Part shown: positions 1-11,082 of the stretch, piece by piece
How the letters are laid out: each line of letters begins with the position of its first letter
How positions within the stretch are numbered: the stretch's first letter is position 1
NCBI RefSeq assembly: GCF_004010195.1
Contig: NC_057719.1
Span: 66,584,066 to 66,648,065, forward strand
DNA: 64,000 bases
Direction: 5' to 3'
Source of the DNA: Chiloscyllium plagiosum
Taxonomy: Eukaryota
The notes under the pieces: generated by a model
Database searches by the model: none
What the model was told of the DNA's origin: nothing
What the model saw: the letters and a program-made list of their open reading frames with translations, nothing else
Made by a program: the position numbers and the translations under genes

Positions 1-615
1 CTACATCGGAGACACTGAGCTCCGACTCAATGGTTCAGGGAGCATCTCTGGTCCCCTCTGGTGGGGTCCCCTATACCCCACTGCCCTGTGGCCAACAACT
101 TCAACTTCCCCTCCCACTCCCCCAAGGACATGCAAATCCTGGACTTCCTCCACCACCAAATTAAAGCCACCCGCAAACTGGAAGAAGAACGCCTCATCTT
201 CTGCCTTGGGACCCTACAACCCCAAGGCATCAACACTGACCACCAGTTTCCAAATCTTCCCAGCTCCCCACCTCATCCCAGATCCAACCCTCCAACTTGG
301 CACCTCCCTCTTGATCTGACCTACCTGTCTATCTTCCTTCCCACCTATCCGCTCCCCACCAACCTATCACAATCACCTCCTACCTGCATCTATCTATCTC
401 CATCCCATCTACCTTCTGCCCCAGCCTCACCCACAGGACCACCCTCCCATTTATATCTCAGCCCTCTTGCCCACCACCCAACATTCCTGTTGAAGGGTTA
501 AACCCAAAACATCAACTCTCTTGCTCCTCGGAAGCTGCCTAACCTGTTGTGCTTTTTCCAGTGCCACATGTTATCGACTCTGACCCACCAGCATCTGCAG
601 TCCTCACTTCCTCCT
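1..615 (+). mobile_element. Penelope-like element 3' part (decayed GIY-YIG endonuclease end, C-rich 3' region, terminal repeat with decayed hammerhead)
   Basis: Begins YIGDT (YIG motif); ORF 61-501 has FNFPSHS..D..ILDFLH....RKLEEERLIFCLGTLQPQGIN. The end (480-615) resembles the terminus of the copy at 33823-34340. Confidence 0.85.
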
Positions 616-1199
616 CCTTGCAATTCGGGAAAAGGTCAAATGCAACTGGGGTAAGAAGTGTGGGGGTATGGGCTGCCCATCTGGATGGGGTTGCGTTGGA
701 GGGAGTTAAGGGTTTTGAGTCTGGCGATGGGGAAAACATATCTGGTCCTGTGGGGGAAAGCTGGATCTGGAGCACGGTGGGAGTGGAATAATGGGTCTGT
801 TGTTGGGATGATGATGAACATGAGTGTTAGGTCCAAGGCGTAAGAGGGTGTCAGTCAGAGTCTGGGCAAAGGTAGGTTTGTGGAAGAGTAAGGGTTCAGG
901 ATAACGTGTAGTTGTGTGAGATGTGGTGAGTTGGGGATTCAATTGAATGGTAAGGGGTTATACTAGGTTTTTATTAGTTTAAGTTTTCTTAAGTAATTAT
1001 TTACCTACTGAAGCAGAGCTTTCTGAATTCTCCAAATTAAATTAATACTTTTGAAAAATTCCAGGCATAGGGGAATTATCCAACAGGATCTTCAGTTTCC
1101 TAGGCAATTCCTTCACGGTGTGCTATGCTGGGAATTCTGCAGGATCCCTTGCGTAGCTCCCATCTACATTTTAGCAATAACTATATGGACATCGGAATA

Positions 1200-1640
1200 T
1201 CAGGGTCCTTGTTCAAGGAAGGTTGCAAATACATTGGAAGCAATTCAGAAAAAGTTTCCTAAACCTGGAATAAGTTGACTGTCTCATGAGGAAAGTTGGA
1301 AAGGATGGGCTTGTAGAAGTTCAAGTGGTGACTTGATTGTACCATTTAAGATCCTGTGGGGATTTGACAGGGTAGATGTAGAGATGATGTTTCCTCTTCC
1401 AGCACAATCTAAAATGAGGGCTCACTGTTCAGTAATAATTAGGGATTGCCCATTTAAAACAAGGAATGGGCGGGGAAGAAAAAAAGTGTCCTTGGAACTC
1501 AGAGCAACCATGATCTAATTGCAAACAATGGAGGGATATGGACCAAGGGAAGGCAGAAGGAATTAGTTTAATTTGGCATCATCTTCAACACAACATTGTG
1601 GACTGAAGGACCTATTCCTATGCTGTACTGTTTGCTGATC
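1200..1640 (+). mobile_element. Decayed CR1-type LINE 3' fragments
   Basis: GDLIVPFKILWGFDRVDVEMMFPL resembles the CR1 ORF2 C-terminus RGDLIEVYKI..G.DRVD...FP; CR1-like 3' tail near 1590-1635. Confidence 0.7.
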
Positions 1641-2081
1641 TAATTGAATGATGGACTAGATTGGATGGGCTGAGTAGCTTGCTCATAATCCTTGTTTAAA
1701 GACTGTAAACCAAGTTGCTCCATTCCAGCCCTTGCTGAATCCCTTGTTTGTTAACTTTTGTTTTTATACTTTACAAACCTGTTCTCCCAATCATTATCTG
1801 TTCACATGATTTGTCAATGTTCATATAGTGGGGCTAGTTTATTGTCACTTTGTTGAGTGTACTTTAGGAATATTTACCTTGAAGTTTAAAATGTAAAATT
1901 ATTCCAAAATAAAAACCAATTGTATCATTTTATCTCTGTTCTCAAAGACCTGCAGAGATTGGCTCTTTCTGTAAATAAGAATGAAAATTGCAGCACCGCT
2001 CGTGAGCTGCTACAATATCATGAATGACTGAATGTTCAAAGAAAACAAGTACTTCACTGACTAGTAATTTCTTCTGTGTAG

Positions 2082-2228
2082 ACTTTGACAGATCACAAAA
2101 ATGTGAAGATTGTTCTTGGACTCATCCTAGCTTTTGGAAATCACATGAACGGTGGAAACAGAACACGTGGCCAGGCTGATGGATTTGGTCTAGAAATTCT
2201 TCCCAAATTAAAGGATGTCAAGAGCAGG
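2082..2228 (+). CDS. FMN1: Formin-1 FH2-domain coding exon (first of 5 in window), 147 nt, phase 0/0
   Basis: Acceptor ttctgtgtAG ends at 2081; donor GTatgt at 2229. Translates [49 protein letters not shown], containing the FH2 GNxMN motif and the formin-subtype string [28 protein letters not shown] and KSR favour FMN1 over FMN2. Confidence 0.93.
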
Positions 2229-3489
2229 GTATGTTACATCTCAAATTCTCACCGTAATCAAAGCCAATGAACAATAGCTGTCTTACATCAACCTCTGTAC
2301 ATGTGTGTACTAGTAGATTGCTGAAAATTTTAATGCCTTTAGTATTTTACAATTTTATTGGTGAAAAGAGAGTTCATATATCTGTGATTAAATCTGACAT
2401 CTGTAACTGAAACTCAGCAGTTTGGTCATTGTACCTCAATTTGATTTGAGTTGTTTACTATTGGATTTTGTTAGTACTTTGACTAGAAAGTAGCTTTTTA
2501 TTCCAAAACGAATTTTGCAATTTTTAATAGAGCAAGTGAAATTGTGTGATAATGTTTAGAGAAAAGATTTAGTTGCCTATTCTTCAGAGTAGAATTCCGG
2601 ACCTGTAGAAACAGTTCTGCATTGCATCTGGGATAAGTACAGTTTGGGAAAGTGGGAGTCTTTGATGACACAAGGCCAATTATCAAGTAGGCCCTTTTCC
2701 AAAACTCCACCCCAGATGTTCCTTGACAAGTGGAGAACATGTGTACAGTGCACCAGAGCTTTATATAAATGCAGATAAGTAATAACTGACTAACGCATGA
2801 AATCCTGGGATCTACACTGTGGACATTGTAGCAAGTAGTTACAAGCCAATCATGTTTTAGTGTTTCAGCAACTGACTTCCTAAAGTAATTAAAGGGATTA
2901 AATTAGCCCTTTCATAATTGGTATCTTTGCCTTGAGTGTTCTGCCACAGAAGGCTAAAGAGCAAAGGAGGAATCCCAGGTAAAGCCACTCATAGCAGGAG
3001 TTGACAGTCTGCATCTGCCTTTATCCAAGCATTTTCATGATAATTCCAGTTGCAACTGGCTAGCAATGTTTAAGAACTGGCTTTAAACGTTTATGATCAA
3101 CATAATAGCAGTTATTGAACTGAGCGATCTACTGTAGACAACTTCCACCTTCAGAATATTCTAGATATGCATTTGTAATGCCAAGGCATGCAAAGGTATG
3201 AGACAAGATGGAAAATTGGATTAAAATCATTAGGTGGCTGTTTTTGACCAGCATGGACATGATGAGGTGAAGGGCCTTTTTCTCTATTGTAGGTCTCTCT
3301 GACTCTAATAACATTGCTGCTACGTTTTCAGCTTGCTATAGGTTTGTGATTTTGAATGCCTAAAAGGGACTGTAGAAAATTAATGAGTAATTTCTCAGAG
3401 CGAAATGAATGTATAATCGCCAATCAAACATTGCAAGCTCAAAGGAAACAGTAGGAAAATAGGAAGGTCATCCAGTTGTATATTTTCTG

Positions 3490-3825
3490 TTCACTCATGG
3501 GACGTGGCCATTGCTGGCTGGCCAGCAGCTATTGCCTGTCCCAATTGCCCTTGAGAACGTGGTGGTCAGCTGCTTTCTTTAACCACTGCAGCCCATGTGT
3601 TGCTGTTAAGGAGGGAATTCCAGGATTTTGACCCATTGACAGTGAAGGAACAGTGATATACTTCCAAGTCAGGATGGTGAGTGATTTGGAGGGGAACATA
3701 CAGGTGGTGGTGTTCCCATGTTTCTGTTGCTCTTGTCCTTCCAGATGGAAGTGGTCATGGATTTGTATGGTTCTGTTTAAGGATCTTTTGTGAATTTCTG
3801 ATGTACATTGTGTAGATAGCACTGG
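3490..3825 (-). mobile_element. LINE 3' end (L2/CR1-group) sharing its tail with the SINE family at 5820 and 42530
   Basis: The start (catgggacgtggccattgctggctggccagc...cccaattgccc) is the reverse complement of the SINE tail gggcaattagggatgggcaataaatgctggc. A related decayed copy lies at about 25095-26090. Confidence 0.6.
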
Positions 3826-3826
3826 G

Positions 3827-4900
3827 AGATGCTTTAACAATTCAACTATGGCAGGGTCACAAAGAGCATTATTATCTGTTGCAAGCTATATGATGTTCAC
3901 TGCTGTAAAGGTTTACAATGGAAATGGAGGACAAACTGATATTGAGAAAAGAGCAGATTTTGATGCTGTAAAGGCCTCAGCTTTATGTTTCCTTTAATTT
4001 TGGACTAAAAGGAAGATGCTGCTTTAAACCAAGAGGGGTGCAGAAAAAAAACCAAAGAACTGCGGATGTTGAAAATCAGAACCAAAATCAGAAATTGCTG
4101 TTACTACTGAGCATTGGTAGTTAAGGGACTGATGTGCCACCAAATAGGCTGCTCTGTCCTGGATGATGTCAAGCTTCTTGAGTGTGTTGAAGCTGCCCTC
4201 ACCCAGGAAACATCTTGTCCTGTATGATTCTGTGAACAACACCTTGACTGCACTGTGCTATTAGATTCCCTAGTGCCTAGGGGATCAATGCACATTTTCG
4301 AAAATCTGAGGTCATAGGTGGATTCTCTCTGGCCACCTACGAAGATACTGCTGGTCAGTGAACAGTAACACTGAATTGAAACATCAGTGTTTTCTCTGCT
4401 GGGTGTGGACATGATGTTTTAGTTGTAAGGCATAATCCTTGCCACTTTTTGAAAATGGAGCTAGGATGCCAAAGTATTCTCTTAAGCCTTGGTTATTGGC
4501 ACCCTCACCCATGTTTTCGTGCACTGCACAGAACACACATGTAATGAAGACCATATAAGGAGGATTCTTTAAGGCTGTAGCATTTCATCTGGAGGTAGCA
4601 CTTCAAGTGACACAACAGTTTAGAAGATGCTTTCACAATTCAACTATGGCAGGATCACAAAGAGCATTATTATCTGTTGCAAGCTATGCAATGTTCATTT
4701 CTGTAAAGGCTTACAATAGAAATGGAGGACTAACTGATATTGAGAAAAGAGTAGATTATGATACTGTAAAGGCCACATCTTTATGTTTCCTTTCATTTTA
4801 TATTAAAAGGAAGGTGCTGCTTTAAAACGAGGAGACTGCAGAAATAAATCGAAAAGAACTGCAGATGCTGGAAATCAGAAACAAAAACAGAAATTGATAG
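3827..4900 (+). repeat. Older local duplication of about 275 bp (3827-4100 and 4625-4900)
   Basis: Both start agatgcttt.acaattcaactatggcagg.tcacaaagagcattattatctgttgcaagcta and stay colinear with scattered substitutions. Confidence 0.9.
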
Positions 4901-5030
4901 AAAAACTCCGTAGGTCTAGCAGCACCTGTGGAGAGAAATCGGAGTTAACGTTTCAAGTTGAATGACCCTTCCTCAGAACTCTCAAGTGCTGCCAGACCTG
5001 CTGAGCTTTTCTAGCAATTGCTGTTTCTGA
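4850..5030. mobile_element. Penelope-derived terminal element, family 2 (partly palindromic, minus-strand hammerhead motif)
   Basis: Minus strand reads agttCTGAGGAagggtcattcaacttGAAACgttaact. Related copies at about 37945-38115, 38700-38785, 55680-55762, 56527-56646 and 58770-58865. Confidence 0.7.
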
Positions 5031-5819
5031 GACTGAGTGCAGAAAGGTGGCTGCGGTTTTGGTTTAAAGTCATGTACTGGAGCAGATTGTGAGCTGCGTA
5101 CAGTACTGCTGTGCAGCCAATGGGAAGCTCCCAAAATACCAATTGATCTGCAGATGAATAGCACGCACTTCCAGAAGCTGATGCTGCACATGGACCTCAG
5201 AGGTCTACGCAACAGCAAAAAACATTACAGAGACCATCATGCCCTGACCAGGTGATGCTGGTTTGTGTGGAACCAGTCCAGCAGAAACACTTCACCGGCA
5301 AACAAAAAGCAGCAACAGCTGTTCTCCAGTCCACCTTCCTCTGTAAATTCCCTTGTTGAAAAGCAAAAGGGAATATCAGCTTCAGAGCCACTGAATCAGG
5401 TAAACTCTCAGCCAGTGAATGAAAGACTGAACACTGGCTTGCAAAAGACCTTGTGTTAACATCAAAGAATTAAAAGTGAGAGAAAGAAATCAATTAATCA
5501 ATTCCTGAGGGCAAAACTGGTAGAACTTCAACAGAATTTTATTTCCTTGAGTTTTTCTTATGCCCTTAATTATCATGTCTTGTCTGCCTTTGTGTGTCTA
5601 GGTTATGGACCAAGTGCAGGTAAATGGGATTACTAGTTTGGTGTCTGTTGGGCATAGACAAGACAAGGTGAAGGGCCTAATTGTGATCCGTATGACTCTA
5701 TTCTGTACCAATGAAAATGAATCCTTCAACAGATTTGAACTATTGTGCAATTGATTACCTGATCTAGTTTGATGTGAGAGTGATTCGGTGAGTTTTATCA
5801 TTCAGCTCCCATTAACAAG

Positions 5820-6390
5820 GGGAGACAATGGCCTGGTCATATTATCGCTAGACTGTTAATCCAGACACCCAGTTCAGGGGACCTGGGTTTGAATATCACC
5901 ATGGCAGACGGTGAAATTTGAATTCAGTATGTATTTAGATTTAAAAGTCTAATGGTGACCATAAAACCATTGCCGATTATTGTAAAAACCATCTGGTTCA
6001 CTAATGTCCTTTAGGAAAGGTTTCTGCCATCCTTACCTAGTATAGCCGATATGTAACTCCAGGAGAAAGTGAGAACTGCAGATGCTGGAGATCAGAGTCA
6101 AGAGTGTGGTGCTGGAAAAGCACAGCAGGTCAGGCAGCATCTGAGGAGCAGGAGAATCGATGTTTTGGGCATAAGCCCTTCATCAAGATTCCTGATGAAG
6201 CATTTATGCCTGAAACGTAATTTCTCCTGCTCCTCAGATGCTGTCTGACCTGCTGTGCTTTTCCAGCACCACACTCTCGACTATATGTAACTACAGACCC
6301 ACAGCAATGTGGTTGACTCTTAACTACCCTCTGGGCAATTAGGGATGGGCAATAAATGCTGGCTTAGCCAGTGATGCCCTCAATCTATGG
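5820..6390 (+). mobile_element. tRNA-derived SINE (probably SacSINE1/DeuSINE-like), interrupted by a hairpin element
   Basis: A-box/B-box-like head (tggcctggtc...gggtttgaatatc). Colinear with the copy at 42530-42860 once 6062-6282 is removed. Confidence 0.75.
6062..6282. mobile_element. Palindromic non-autonomous Penelope-derived element with TSD
   Basis: Inverted arms of about 93 bp (6096-6188 / 6189-6282) plus a 34-bp one-sided tail. Flanked by ATATGTAACTCCA (6049-6061) and ATATGTAACTACA (6283-6295). Confidence 0.88.
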
Positions 6391-7698
6391 AAAAGAGCTA
6401 ATCTGCTGTCTGCTCATAGAATTGCAGTGACGAATGGATTTCAGTGGGCCGAAACCTTGTGTGACATTGATGAGGTGGATTAACTTGTAGGCTGAAGATT
6501 CCTGAGCAAGAATATGATGGCGATCTTTTCTACGTTGACCAAATAACTATGTACGTTGGGAGATTGCAGTTTTCACCATGGAAATGGGCAAATGCTTCCC
6601 TAAAATCCAGTGACACATGGTTAACCCTGAACTAGTACTAGATATAGATTATAGACCTTGAATTGTTATAGTTGAGTCGAAGCACTAGTGAAGCTCATGA
6701 ATTTTGAGCTACTTTATTTGAGTTAATGGGATTTCATTCCTAGCTATATGTTAAAAAGCTTGTCAGCACAATGCAATAACAAATCCTGCAGTGCCACAGT
6801 ATTGCAACTAAATTGGTGTGGCCTCACCTCCATTAGCATGGCTCATTTTTCCTTCACCTTCCTTGCTACGACGCTTATTGTATCATTTTGCTTTCTAGTC
6901 AGAGCACATAACACATAAGATCTGAAGTAGTGTTGCACTGTAGTAGTCTTAAATTTTTGTCTGAATTAACAAATCTCACCATCTTAAGTAGACAGCAAAA
7001 TTTACTGAATCCTTAAAGTTATAGGTATTTATAGCATCGTAGAAAAGGTTGATCTGATGAACCCACCGTGGTCTGTAGTGGCTGGAAACCAGCTGTCTGG
7101 CAAATTCCCATTGTCAGTGGCATTTGTGGGACTTCCAACACTTCCAAGTGCATATACAAGCATTGTAAAATGTGTGTTATCCAACACGCACAGGGAACAT
7201 GTGGCGCCGGTAAATCAAAAATGCTGATTAATGGGATATCCTGGCAGTGTGACCTTTAGCCTCACCATCTCCTCCCATAAACGTCTTTGTTGTGCAATTT
7301 AATCCCATGTTAATCTGACTGAAATGATTTCACAAAGCCCTCTATTTAAAATTACATTACCAAACCGGGTTGTTTTGCCTTGAAAACTGAAAATCATCAC
7401 AGAATTAATTCTCTAAACACTTGTCAGAATTTTATGTAGTAAAAATGGGTTTTATTAATATAAAGGCTATTGATGTGAGAGTTAGATTGCCCTTTTGACA
7501 AAAAAAGAAAATGGCTATTTTGGCCATTCTCTTCCACAGAAGTGCCCCCACAGGCCAGTTATGATCTGATGTGGTTCCCATTCTCACAAGTTCTGCTCCA
7601 CTGGGCTGGCATTGGACAGGACCTTAGAATTAGAATCCCTACAGTGTGGAAACATGCCCACACTGACCCTCCAAAGAGTAACCCACCCAGACCCAGAC

Positions 7699-8024
7699 AG
7701 ATTAGATTAGATTAGATTAGATTACATTACAGTGTGGAAACAGGCCCTTCGGCCCAACAAGTCCACACCGACCCGCCGAAGCGAAACCCACCCATACCCC
7801 TACATTTACCCCTTACCTAACACTACGGGCAATTTAGTATGGCCAATTCACCTGGCCTGCACATCTTTGGACTGTGGGAGGAAACCGGAGCACCCGGAGG
7901 AAACCCACACAGACACGGGGAGAATGTGCAAACTCCACACAGTCAGTCGCCTGAGGCGGGAATTGAACCCGGGTCTCTGGCGCTGTGAGGCAGCAGTGCT
8001 AACCACTGTGCCACCGTGCCACCC
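7699..8024 (-). mobile_element. HE1-type V-SINE, young full-length copy nested in an older HE1 copy (7625-7695 + 8025-8262)
   Basis: tRNA-like head, V-domain gggtttcctccgggtgctccggtttcctcccacagtccaaaga, (AATCT)n tail; CpGs retained. Confidence 0.9.
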
Positions 8025-8273
8025 ACCCATTCCCCTACTCTATATTTACCCCTCACTAATAATCTATTCTATGGGCAATTTAACATGGCCAATTAACCTA
8101 AACTGCACAACTTTAGATTGTGAGCAAATTCCAGAGCACACAGAGGAAACCCACGCAGACACGGGGAGAATGTGCAAACTCCACACAGATAGTCACCCGA
8201 GGCTGGAATCAAACCCAGGTCCCTGATGTTGTGAGGCAGCAGTGTTAACCACTGAGCCATATGGCTACAATGT

Positions 8274-8600
8274 GGGCGGCACGGTGGCACAGTGGTTAGC
8301 ACTGCTGCCTCGCAGCGCCAGAGACCCGGGTTCAATTCCCGCCTCAGGCGACTGACTGTGTGGAGTTTGCACGTTCTCCCCGTGTCTGCGTGGGTTTCCT
8401 CCGGGGGCTCCGGTTTCCTCCCACAGTCCAAAGATGTGCAAGTCAGGTGAATTGGCCATGCTAAATTGCCCGTAGTGTTAGGTAAAGGGGTAAATGTAGG
8501 GGTATGGATGGGTTACGCTTCGGCGGGTCGGTGTGGACTTGTTGGGCCGAAGGGCCTGTTTCCACACTGTAAGTAATCTAATCTGTAAGTAATCTAATCT
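8274..8600 (+). mobile_element. HE1-type V-SINE, young full-length copy
   Basis: A box (tggcacagtgg), B box (gggttcaattccc), V domain, (AATCT)n tail; AATGT direct repeat at 8269-8273 and 8601-8605. Confidence 0.92.
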
Positions 8601-8789
8601 AATGTCAAATATTGCAGGAAATGGTACAAAAGGATAAATTGTGGATGTAATCTGAAGTTCCCGTCTCCTATTTTTCTAGTCCCTTGTCCGGAGGGTAACT
8701 GTAACAATTCACAATTGGTGTCTCAGTCTTAAACAGTATCTCTGGCTCACTCTTAGTATTTTCAAAACTGGGGGTCACACAGTCTAAAA

Positions 8790-9070
8790 ATATCCCGAAC
8801 CAGGGGTCACAGTTTAAGGGTGCAGGGAAGGACATTTAGGACTGAGATGAGGAGAAATATCTTTACCCAGACAGTGATGAGTCTGTGGAATTCTCTTCCA
8901 CAGAAAGCGGTTGAGGCCAAACTGCTGTATGTTTTCAAGAAGGAGTTAGATGTATTCTCAGGGCTAGAGGGATCTAAGGGTATGGGAAAAAGAGAAAACA
9001 GGGGTATTAAATTGTTTTAGTCACAATTGTATTGGATGGTAAAGCAGGCCAAAAGGCCTACTCCTGTTTT
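8790..9070 (+). mobile_element. CR1 LINE 3' fragment
   Basis: GRTFRTEMRRNIFTQTVMSLWNSLPQKAVEA....FKKELD is the CR1 ORF2 C-terminus. Confidence 0.85.
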
Positions 9071-11001
9071 CAATGTATTTGTATGTTATTTCATTCAGTC
9101 CTCACACAAGGCCTCCCTTGAGCTGCTTCTGTGTAGTAACTTGTAGCTGTTCTTAATCGTACTGTTCAGACTTGATTTGGCACACCTCTGAAACAGATGA
9201 GACTTAAAGCGGACCTGCTGGTCCAGGGAAACCCGTACATCGCAGAGACTCCATATGCAAGTCCCTGAGCCTGATGTGACCTAGTATGCACAGAACCTGG
9301 GGAGCACGACCTTTAAACCCATTACTTACTCTCACCAGCTTCTTAGTCGTGTTGTACAGACATGAATGAGTTAACAGTTCAGTTGACCCTGTAATCTCAT
9401 TGAAGTTAACTTTGCAAAAAGTTCAATTTTATGATTCTGATGTGCTTCCTGCTCGTGAGCTGAACTGTGCCTGAATGGACCTCAATTTTTTAAAGAAAGA
9501 ATGCACAGCAATCTGAGAAATTTTGGTTTTAGGGGCATTCTGATTGGTAAGGTGCAAGGTAATGGCAACTTTTACTGGATGTTTTATATGTAATGATGGT
9601 CTCTGTCTCAACCATCCTTTCAAGCCATGATTTTTTGATCACCATGGTCAGCTGGGTGGTAAGTATTGCCCTTATACCCTCATCAGAACCTTTCAGAAAT
9701 TACGTTAAATAAATGCTCCTTTGTAGTAAAGTATCACACATGCACTTTAACTACCTTATGTACTGGTCTTGCTTCTTCCAGAGGTCTGTGGTCATACATT
9801 TTAAGGTCACATTTTTTTCTCTATGTTTCTCAGTATGCTATAATTATTGCATGCTCTTTGGTTTTTTTCCCTTCCCAAACGCATTACTTCAATCTTCCCT
9901 GGATTGAATCCCATTTTTCACTTCTCTGGGCGCTTGACCAGTCTATTGATATCCTATCCATCTCTTTAATCTCTCCCAGCTGCATAAATCTCAGTGGTCT
10001 AGACACAACTAATTCGAGGCTCTTGAGCATTCCTGAATTTAATCGTTCCACCTTTGGCGTCCATGTGTAGACCCTAAACCTCTGGAATTCCGTCCCTCAA
10101 CTACTGACTCTCTGGCCCCAATTTTCATTCCGAGATCAAATGCATGGAGGTGGAAGAGTTTACACCATTCTCAGCCTGTGATGTGGGCTAGGTGGAATTC
10201 AGGCTACACAGCCCAGCAGAGGCTGAAGAGACAGCCAGAAGCTGAGGTTTATAGCCAAAAAACATGTCTCAGGGCTTAAACAATAAAATATAAAACATTT
10301 CTCCAGCCCTCACTCCTCACAGCCACCTTCTAAGCCCTCAGTCCCACACTCCATTCATGCCACTGAATGTGCTCCTTTCACTCCCTGTGACCCTCTACCC
10401 ATTCCCATGTCCAAGCATATACTCAAGCCAACCTATGCTCCTCCCTAAGGGTATCTAACATTCCCACCACAAAGGCACATAAAAGTAGAAGTTTGAATAC
10501 ACGGCATAATAGAATCTACGCAGTTAAGATTTTTAAAGTTGCTTGTATATAAAGTGGTTTCATGATGTAGTAAACAGCATTTTCATTGCTGAGTCATAGA
10601 TTGCACCTTCTAGTACCTGGTGAAATTTGATTATCTTGGTTGGAAATAATTTAAATGTACTCTATTGCATAAAAGTTATATGATAAAACTGTAAAAATAT
10701 TATCAAGGTGCAAAATGGGAAAGCAACTGAAAATATTAAAGAGACACATAGAAAATGTTTTGGCACAGCATTTCAGACTCCAGACTGAGTTAATAAGAGC
10801 CTTTTTGAAATGTTTTACAAGTCTCTTTGGTACGTTTACAAAAACGTTTAATTCAACAAGAATGATTAAAATGGATTTAAATTAGATTTTTTTTATCATA
10901 TTTAAGCTTACTTTTATTACAAATAATTGTAAGGGATGGCATTCTTGGTATGTTGGGAAAGATTCCCTGTACCAACAAAACATTGATTTTTAAAAGGTAC
11001 T

Positions 11002-11082
11002 CAAAGTTTGTGAGAAGATTTGTAGCTCAGGTGCTCGTTGTAGTGGTTCTGTTCGCCGAGCTGGGAATTTGAGTTGCTGTTC
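11002..11082 (-). mobile_element. 81-bp severely truncated retroelement insertion with 10-bp TSD (probable Penelope-family 3' tail)
   Basis: AAAAGGTACT at 10992-11001 and 11083-11092 brackets a CpG-containing insert. Family assignment is from recall only. Confidence 0.65.

Noticed and set aside
620..960. G/T-rich tract resembling degenerate telomeric repeats
   Set aside because: No regular TTAGGG array; it appears to be the low-complexity part of a dispersed repeat also present in reverse near 39680-39960.
8274..8345. tRNA-like A and B boxes
   Set aside because: SINE head; no complete cloverleaf, and it runs straight into the V-SINE body.
7732..8459. ORFs such as MWKQALRPNKS...CGRKPEHPEETH, recurring at 14123, 35432 and 56276
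   Set aside because: Antisense translations of HE1 SINEs, not genes.
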